64,000 bases of DNA from an uncultured Pseudomonadota bacterium (GTDB lineage Bacteria > Oederibacteriota > Muellerivitia > Muellerivitales > Muellerivitaceae). The notes beneath the pieces were generated by a model that did no database searches, was not told the DNA's origin, and was given only the letters and a program-made list of their open reading frames with translations. The translations under genes were made by a program, and so were the position numbers. This document shows, piece by piece, positions 58,404 to 64,000 of this stretch (position 1 is its first letter; the number at the start of each line of letters is the position of its first letter). The DNA is taken from assembly GCA_963770835.1 (NCBI GenBank), contig CAVYRH010000004.1:192001-256000 (forward strand), given 5' to 3'.

Positions 58404-58931
58404 ATGATGGAAGACAACCTAAATTCAGGCGAAGAAACCAAACCCAGGCCGCCTTTGACCATGGTTCAGAAAGGAACCCTTTACGCCGTTGGTGTTCTCA
58501 TCCTGATGGGGGCCGCCTTCTTCGCGGGGCGTTATTCGGCCTTGATGAAACCCGCGGCGTCCAATCCCTTCACTCAGATGCCCACACCCCAGCCCTTGGG
58601 CACTCCGATTCCGGTTCCCGAATCCGTCCTCACCATGATCAATTTCACCGGCGTCTCGGAAGCCAAGAAAGCCGAAGTTTTAGCCAAATTCAACAGCGAA
58701 TACTGTCAGTGCAATTGCAAGATGACGGTGGCCACCTGCATGGTCCGGGATCCCGGCTGCCCTTTCTGGAAAGACCACGTGACCCAGTTCCAAAAGGCCC
58801 TGGGCAACGGTAAGAAGCCCAACCTCACCCAGGCTCCCATGCCAAGCCGCATCCTACCGCCCTCCAATGGCCTTGTCCTGCCGCCCGGAAACTCGAACGG
58901 GTTCACCATGCCGTCGCAAACGGGAAAGTAA
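58404..58931 (+). CDS. Membrane-anchored protein with a CxCxC-x6-C-x6-C motif
   Basis: One N-terminal TM; YCQCNCKMTVATCMVRDPGCP. Confidence 0.7.
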   Translation: MMEDNLNSGEETKPRPPLTMVQKGTLYAVGVLILMGAAFFAGRYSALMKPAASNPFTQMPTPQPLGTPIPVPESVLTMINFTGVSEAKKAEVLAKFNSEYCQCNCKMTVATCMVRDPGCPFWKDHVTQFQKALGNGKKPNLTQAPMPSRILPPSNGLVLPPGNSNGFTMPSQTGK

Positions 58932-58960
58932 AGCCGGAAGGGCCCGGGGGTAAGAAAGCC

Positions 58961-59746
58961 ATGACCCAAAATGTCTTGGAAGTGGGCGCGGCGCTTGTAT
59001 TCAAGGACAAGAAATTCCTCATCACCCAGCGCAAGGACGACGACTCCTTCGGAGGCTACTGGGAGCTGCCCGGCGGCAAGAAGGAACCCACTGAGTCCCT
59101 GGAAGAATGCGTCATCCGGGAACTCAAGGAAGAGCTGGATATCGAGGTGGAGATCCGCCACTTTTTCCGGATCCTCACCTACCACTACCCCCAACGCTCG
59201 GTGCGGCTCAATATTTTCTTTTGTTCTCACAAGGGCGGCGAGCCCAAGACTATCGAATGCCAGGCCCTTGCCTGGGTGGACCCCAAGGACCTGCCCAGCT
59301 ATAAATTCCCCGATGCCGACCAAACCCTCATCCATGAACTGTCTCAAAGGAACGATTGGGACTCCTACCTGGACGGCCTGAAATACCCCCATGAATATCT
59401 GGAAGGTATCCGCCTTTTTAACGCGGGGGACTATTTCGAGTGCCACGAGATGCTGGAGGATATCTGGCATCCCGCCCAAGGGCAGCAACGCCTTCACTAC
59501 CAGGCCCTCATCCAGGCCGCCATCGCGCTGGAACATTTCCGGAAAGAGAATTGGAACGGTGCCATGGGGCTCTACGAAAAGGCCTGCGAGAAATGGGCCC
59601 AATTGCCGCCCGAGTACATGGGGGTGGATTTAAAAGGGCTAAAAGGGAAGTTGGACGTCTTTTTCGGGCAGGTTCGAAAAGCCGGCCCCGGCGGCATGAA
59701 GACCGTGGACATGGGCTTGGTGCCTCCAATTCCTCCGCCTCAATAG
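58961..59746 (+). CDS. MutT/NudG-like NUDIX hydrolase fused to a DUF309 domain
   Basis: WELPGGKKEPTESLEECVIRELKEEL Nudix box, FPDAD; GIRLFNAGDYFECHEMLEDIW...YQALIQ.A (DUF309). Confidence 0.88.
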   Translation: MTQNVLEVGAALVFKDKKFLITQRKDDDSFGGYWELPGGKKEPTESLEECVIRELKEELDIEVEIRHFFRILTYHYPQRSVRLNIFFCSHKGGEPKTIECQALAWVDPKDLPSYKFPDADQTLIHELSQRNDWDSYLDGLKYPHEYLEGIRLFNAGDYFECHEMLEDIWHPAQGQQRLHYQALIQAAIALEHFRKENWNGAMGLYEKACEKWAQLPPEYMGVDLKGLKGKLDVFFGQVRKAGPGGMKTVDMGLVPPIPPPQ

Positions 59747-60798
59747 TGGTAACAAATCCCTAGGCCCGCATCCATTCCGGTGTAGTCGATGTTGATGGGC
59801 TTGGCTCCGGCTGTCCCGGTGGGTACGGCATAGGCCCCTGTGTTATCCGAAATCAAGACGGACTGCTGCTGGGTCCCGTCACTATAGGTGACCATCCCCT
59901 CAATATTCCCCGTGGTGGCATAACGGCCCCGGAGGTAAAGACCGGCGGAAACTTGGTCTCCCACCGCGATATCCCAACCGAGTCCCAGAGTCCCCCCGTA
60001 TCCCAAACCCGCCATTTCCCCGGATTGCAGGGTCACGGCATTCTGCACATAACTGAGTTCGGCGATGGTGGCGTAAAAGCCAGCACCGGCGCCGGCCCAA
60101 AGCCGGGTACTGCCCAACTTGAAATAATGGTAATACTCCGCCTGGATGGAAATCATGCTGGGTTGGATGGAGCCTTTCAACTTGTAGTCGTAATTATCAT
60201 TGGCCGAAGCCTGGTAACCGTTGAGGGAAGCCCCGTCGAAGGCCACACCCCAGGCGTTATAAGTGTCGAGCATGAAACCCACTTCCAGGCCTACCAGCGG
60301 CCCGAAACCATCCACGCTGGCGGAAGCATGGCCGTACTGGGCGGTGTAATAGGTTTGGAAGGCCGGGGCGGCCTTGGGTAAGTCTCCCAAGCTGGCCGAA
60401 ATGAAACCTGTATGCAGTTTCACCCAGATGTCATAGTCCCGGAAGACGCGGGGGTAAATGTCGTTCCTCTCCGCCTCCCAAATCATTTTCGCCCGGATAC
60501 CCTCCGCCAAGTTCCAAAGCTGGGGATTATCGGGATGCCACCGGAGGCTTTGGTCAAAGGCGGGAAGGGCCAGCATGGGCTGGTTTAAAAGGTAATAGTC
60601 GAAACCCAGGATCTGCCAGGCCTTCCAGTTTTGGGGGTCCAGCCGGACGGCGGCCCGGAGGTAAGGGATGGAATCCGTATAGTTCTTGTGGGCGTAAAAA
60701 TTAAACCCCGCCACATAATCGTCGTTGGAGGTTTCAGCCCAGAGAGGGCCGTAAGCGAGGGCGATAAGGAAAACCAAAACTATTCCGCGGGCGGACAT
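59740..60798 (-). CDS. TPR plus outer-membrane beta-barrel protein
   Basis: Signal peptide; A.RLDPQNWKAW..LG TPR; alternating beta-strands; terminal GLGICYHY. Confidence 0.75.
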   Translation of the reverse strand: MSARGIVLVFLIALAYGPLWAETSNDDYVAGFNFYAHKNYTDSIPYLRAAVRLDPQNWKAWQILGFDYYLLNQPMLALPAFDQSLRWHPDNPQLWNLAEGIRAKMIWEAERNDIYPRVFRDYDIWVKLHTGFISASLGDLPKAAPAFQTYYTAQYGHASASVDGFGPLVGLEVGFMLDTYNAWGVAFDGASLNGYQASANDNYDYKLKGSIQPSMISIQAEYYHYFKLGSTRLWAGAGAGFYATIAELSYVQNAVTLQSGEMAGLGYGGTLGLGWDIAVGDQVSAGLYLRGRYATTGNIEGMVTYSDGTQQQSVLISDNTGAYAVPTGTAGAKPINIDYTGMDAGLGICYHY

Positions 60799-60932
60799 GG
60801 ATTTCTCCATCAAGTCGGTTCAAACGGGTCCAGTATATCGGCGGGAACCCGCAAAGCCAGGCGGTTGGGGGGTAAAAACCGGTTGTTGGTTTCTTGAATC
60901 CCACCGGATGGGTGGCCTATTCGCCCTTGAAA

Positions 60933-61853
60933 TCAACCCTCCGGAACGCGGGTATTCCGGACCCACATTTGAAATTTGATCCGCTCCAGGGCGCTGTCCC
61001 GGGTGAAGGCCTTGAAGTCCGCCTCGGTCATCCGGCCCGCTTCCTCCCGGGTCAACTCCAGGACTTCCGGCCGGGGATGAAACGCCGCCTCCCGCCCGGC
61101 TGGAGCGTTGGTGTTGTAGGGGCAGGCGGTTTGGCACAGGTCGCAGCCCGCCAGGTAGCCGTGGAGCGCAGCGCCCTCCGGCAGGGCCGAGCGGTGCTCC
61201 AGGGTGAGGTAGCTGATACATTTGACAGCGTTCAAGAGGCCGGGTTCCTCCAGGGCCCCGGTGGGGCAGGCGTCCATGCAGGCCGTGCAGGTTTTGCAGA
61301 GGTTTTCCACCGGGGCGTCGGGGGCCAGCTCCACGTCCGTCAGGATTTCCCCCAGGAAGAGGAAGGAACCGAAAGCCTTGTTCAACAAAAGGGTGTTTTT
61401 GCCGATCCATCCCAGGCCCGCCGCCTCCGCGTAACTACGCTCCAGCACCGGGCCCGTGTCCACGTAGGCCTTAGCCTTCGCGCCAGGCGCCAGTTCCCCG
61501 CAGAGGTATTGCACCAGAACTTCCAGCTTTTCGCGCAGGACCTCGTGGTAATCCCGGCCCCAGGCATAACAGGAAATGAGGTGCTTTTCCAAAAGGGGAT
61601 AGTGTTCGGGCCGGGGGTTGTAGCTGAGGCCCACGCAAAAGACGGACTTGGCCCCGGGAAGAAGGGCCTGTGGGTCGCCCCTTTCCTCCTTACGCCGATC
61701 CAAGTATCCCATTTCGCCGGCATAGCCTTTCTTCAGCCAATCCAGGAAGGCGGGGTAACTTTCGGGCCGGACGGCGGGGGCCGCGCCGGACAATTCAAAA
61801 CCCAACTCGGCGGCCTTTTGCTTCAGCTTTTGGGTGCGCTCAAGGGCGTTCAT
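60933..61853 (-). CDS. queG: tRNA epoxyqueuosine(34) reductase
   Basis: YAWGRDYH, VDTGPVLER, GLGWIGKN, CKTCTACMDACPTGA, CISYLTLE, GCDLCQTACPYN. Confidence 0.95.
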   Translation of the reverse strand: MNALERTQKLKQKAAELGFELSGAAPAVRPESYPAFLDWLKKGYAGEMGYLDRRKEERGDPQALLPGAKSVFCVGLSYNPRPEHYPLLEKHLISCYAWGRDYHEVLREKLEVLVQYLCGELAPGAKAKAYVDTGPVLERSYAEAAGLGWIGKNTLLLNKAFGSFLFLGEILTDVELAPDAPVENLCKTCTACMDACPTGALEEPGLLNAVKCISYLTLEHRSALPEGAALHGYLAGCDLCQTACPYNTNAPAGREAAFHPRPEVLELTREEAGRMTEADFKAFTRDSALERIKFQMWVRNTRVPEG

Positions 61854-62389
61854 TGATTTTTGAAATGGACGTAAGTCTGCAGGGTTGCGCTGAGGAAGGA
61901 CAGGATCAAAACGAGCACCACCAATTGCCGCAAGTGGGACGCCACGACGAAGTAAATTCCAAAAGCCATTACCACCACCACCCAGGAAAAAATAATCCAA
62001 AACAACTCTTTCGAACCAGCGGAGGGATTATGGTGGTGTTTGACTTTCAGGGCGAATTGGACCGGCGTGAAACGCTCCCGGGTGCTGGTATTGTCCACCT
62101 GCCCGCCCAAAGTTTGCAGAAGGATGTCCACGAGAAAAACCTGAAGATCGGTGGCGGAAGGCGGAGCGTCATGGGGAACGGCGACCGTATAAAGGCCTTT
62201 GTCGGAGTCGAAAGACAGGAAACACTCTAATTCGGGAGGGCCCGGCTCAGCGAAACGGATCGCGTCCCATTGGCGGTCCTGGCCCTTTAAGTGGATCTCC
62301 ACGGGAATTCCCCGGCGATGGAGTTCCCCCATTAATTCAAAGGCCGAAGGTTGGAGTTTTTTCTCGGGGGTCAGGATGTATTCAGGCAT
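61850..62389 (-). CDS. Hypothetical protein with two C-terminal TM helices
   Basis: GGAG RBS; ATGA overlap with queG start (translational coupling). Confidence 0.7.
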   Translation of the reverse strand: MPEYILTPEKKLQPSAFELMGELHRRGIPVEIHLKGQDRQWDAIRFAEPGPPELECFLSFDSDKGLYTVAVPHDAPPSATDLQVFLVDILLQTLGGQVDNTSTRERFTPVQFALKVKHHHNPSAGSKELFWIIFSWVVVVMAFGIYFVVASHLRQLVVLVLILSFLSATLQTYVHFKNQ

Positions 62390-62418
62390 TGACGGCTCCG
62401 AAAAACGTTTTGGATTCG

Positions 62419-62455
62419 AAAAAAAAGCAGGGGCGAGGAGTCCCCGCCCCTGCTT
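62419..62455 (-). terminator. Intrinsic terminator after mtnD
   Basis: Minus strand AAGCAGGGGCGGGG-act-CCTCGCCCCTGCTT plus T-run. Confidence 0.75.
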
Positions 62456-62476
62456 GGAAATCAAAGCTGGAGAAAC

Positions 62477-62935
62477 TTACTTGGCGGCGGCCGCCGCCTC
62501 CCGGTAGACGGGCGTCCAACCGGACTGGTCCTTGAACAGGCGCATGCATTGGATCTTCTTCTCGTCCGTCAGGTAAAAGCGGTGGTAGCGGTTGGCCGGC
62601 ACCGAGATGAAGTCCTGGGGTTCCACGAGGACCTTCATCCAACGGTCGTCCAGGCTTCGGATCTCGAAAACGCCGGAGCCGGAAAGCACGAAGCGCACCT
62701 CGTCGTCGGTGTGCAGGTGCTCGCCCACGAATTTCTGGCAAAGGGCGTCGAAGTTGGGCATTTCGGCCCACATCTTCACCTGGTCCATGGTCACGTAGCC
62801 GTTGTCCTTCATGATCTGCTCCAAGGGGGGGGTGTAGGCGGCCTCCTCGGTGGGAAGCTGGCGGTAGGTGACGCCTTGGGCGTTGAGCTCCTGCGCGGAA
62901 ATATCCTTCCCCGTCTCCAGCCAAATAGCTTTCAT
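62477..62935 (-). CDS. mtnD: Acireductone dioxygenase
   Basis: EHLHTDDEVRF..GSG.F, VPA..YHRF, RLF...GW. Confidence 0.93.
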   Translation of the reverse strand: MKAIWLETGKDISAQELNAQGVTYRQLPTEEAAYTPPLEQIMKDNGYVTMDQVKMWAEMPNFDALCQKFVGEHLHTDDEVRFVLSGSGVFEIRSLDDRWMKVLVEPQDFISVPANRYHRFYLTDEKKIQCMRLFKDQSGWTPVYREAAAAAK

Positions 62936-62955
62936 TCTTCCTCCCCTTTAACAGC

Positions 62956-63058
62956 AGTTTTGAGTTTTAAGTGTTGAGTTCGAAGTTATCGTATGTTTTT
63001 TAATCGGAGATTAAAAAACTTCATAAAACTTAGAACTAAAAACTGCGAACTTAAAACT
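62956..63058. repeat. Inverted heptamer-repeat intergenic element
   Basis: AGTTTTG/AGTTTTA/AGTGTTG/AGTTCGA ... AAAACTT/AGAACTA/AAAACTG/CGAACTT/AAAACT. Confidence 0.6.
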
Positions 63059-63062
63059 TTTG

Positions 63063-63734
63063 TTACGTTTCTAAGGTGATACCAAGTTGCTTCATGCGGC
63101 CCGCGGCCTCGAAAAGGTAGTCGTAGCACTCGGCGTGGGTCTTGGCCTGTTTCCAATCCTTGCCCCAAACATAGACCCCGTGGCGCCGGACCAGCACCGC
63201 GTGGGACTTGGGGTTGTTTTGAATCGCCACGCCCAGGGAGTCGGCCAGGTCGCACTCGTAGGCGGTGTTCTCGATGATGGGGACTTCCAGGGTGTCGAAA
63301 GCGCCGTGGCCCTCGATGCCCTTCTGCATCTCCATGTTCTTGATCCTAAAGCGCTTGTCGAAAAGCATGGTGGCGGTGGCCGCGTTGACCGAATGGCTGT
63401 GCAGGACCGCGCCGGCGTTCCTTATTTTGTAAGCGTGCATGAAGAGGGGCGCGCATTGGGAAAGCTTGAAGCCGTTACCCGGCTCCTCCACGGCGTTGCC
63501 GTCGATGTCCAACACGAAGATGTCCCCGGGCTCCAGGCGTTCCTTTTGGACTGCGCTGGGGGCCATATAGATGAAATCACCATCCTTGATGGAGATTCCG
63601 CCGCCCGTGCCGGAGGCCCAGCCTAATTGGTAGAAATGACGACAGAGTTCACAGACCAACTCGCGGATTTTTGAGGAGGAGGCGGAAGAAACCGTTTTGG
63701 ATTTAGGATGTTTTTCGGACAAAATCGCTCTCAT
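63063..63734 (-). CDS. mtnB: Methylthioribulose-1-phosphate dehydratase
   Basis: LCRHFY.LGW.SGTGGGIS, APS.VQKER, SQC.PLF, GAVLHSHS, VPIIENT, VLVRRHGVYVWG, ECYDYLF. Confidence 0.93.
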   Translation of the reverse strand: MRAILSEKHPKSKTVSSASSSKIRELVCELCRHFYQLGWASGTGGGISIKDGDFIYMAPSAVQKERLEPGDIFVLDIDGNAVEEPGNGFKLSQCAPLFMHAYKIRNAGAVLHSHSVNAATATMLFDKRFRIKNMEMQKGIEGHGAFDTLEVPIIENTAYECDLADSLGVAIQNNPKSHAVLVRRHGVYVWGKDWKQAKTHAECYDYLFEAAGRMKQLGITLET

Positions 63735-63818
63735 TTGTGACTTAATTATCAGTTATCTTATTATCAGCGTCAAGAGGAAGCCCTTTTTGGCGCACGGTTG
63801 AGGCGAAGGAGACCGGGG

Positions 63819-64000
63819 ATGTCCTATTATCAATCCACCCATTCCATTTCAGTGGCCGTGCCGGCGGAAAAAATTTATGAGGCGCTCACCCATTGGGTCC
63901 AGCGGGCGGCCTGGCGGCACGGAATTGGGATCCAGTGGGAAGGGGAAAACCGGGCCTTCGTGGGCCAGAAGGTGAAGTTCAAGTTCAAGAACTTCTTGTT
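63819..64000 (+). CDS. SRPBCC/START-like protein, truncated by the window end
   Basis: AAGGAG RBS; MSYYQSTHSISVAVPAEKIYEALTHW. Confidence 0.55.
   Translation, partial: MSYYQSTHSISVAVPAEKIYEALTHWVQRAAWRHGIGIQWEGENRAFVGQKVKFKFKNFL

Noticed and set aside
63735..63818. Possible SAM riboswitch upstream of mtnB
   Set aside because: The 84-bp divergent spacer is too short and lacks SAM-I core motifs

Overview
Bacterial chromosomal window of moderately high GC, with no rRNA, tRNA, CRISPR array or intact transposase that I could see. The many Thr/Pro-repeat surface proteins with FlgD-Ig/T9SS-like tails resemble candidate-phylum genomes such as FCPU426; this is inference only. Contents, left to right: (1) a korA-korB-polyferredoxin-FNR-sdh (type-F/Sdh1-like) redox cluster with an AT-rich mini-PilC ORF wedged between sdhA and sdhB; (2) a degenerate EAL protein under a sigma-54 promoter; (3) three secreted Thr/Pro-stalk proteins with FlgD-Ig-like tails, a PiT transporter and a stalk-only mini-lipoprotein; (4) a duplicated hairpin-rich non-coding module at about 25.5-25.95 kb; (5) four GT-C-fold membrane glycosyltransferases scattered through the window; (6) transport, lipid and signalling genes (EamA, COG2907 oxidoreductase, desaturase, CstA, ClC, CHASE3 kinase, AAA+/VWA pair); (7) a multiply frameshifted tandem-domain ThyX; (8) three lipoproteins carrying redox heads on Thr-rich stalks (two cupredoxins with an unusual Cys-rich C-x2-H-x17/18-M ligand loop flanking a monoheme cytochrome c), next to mqnD; (9) GIY-YIG, MutT-DUF309, TPR/beta-barrel, queG and mtnD-mtnB. 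The best candidate for an undescribed system is the stalked cupredoxin/cytochrome c lipoprotein cluster (50.6-53.7 kb), possibly combined with GT-C-mediated O-glycosylation of the stalks. Several apparent single-base insertions suggest long-read consensus errors. All family assignments come from motif recognition by eye, not from database searches.
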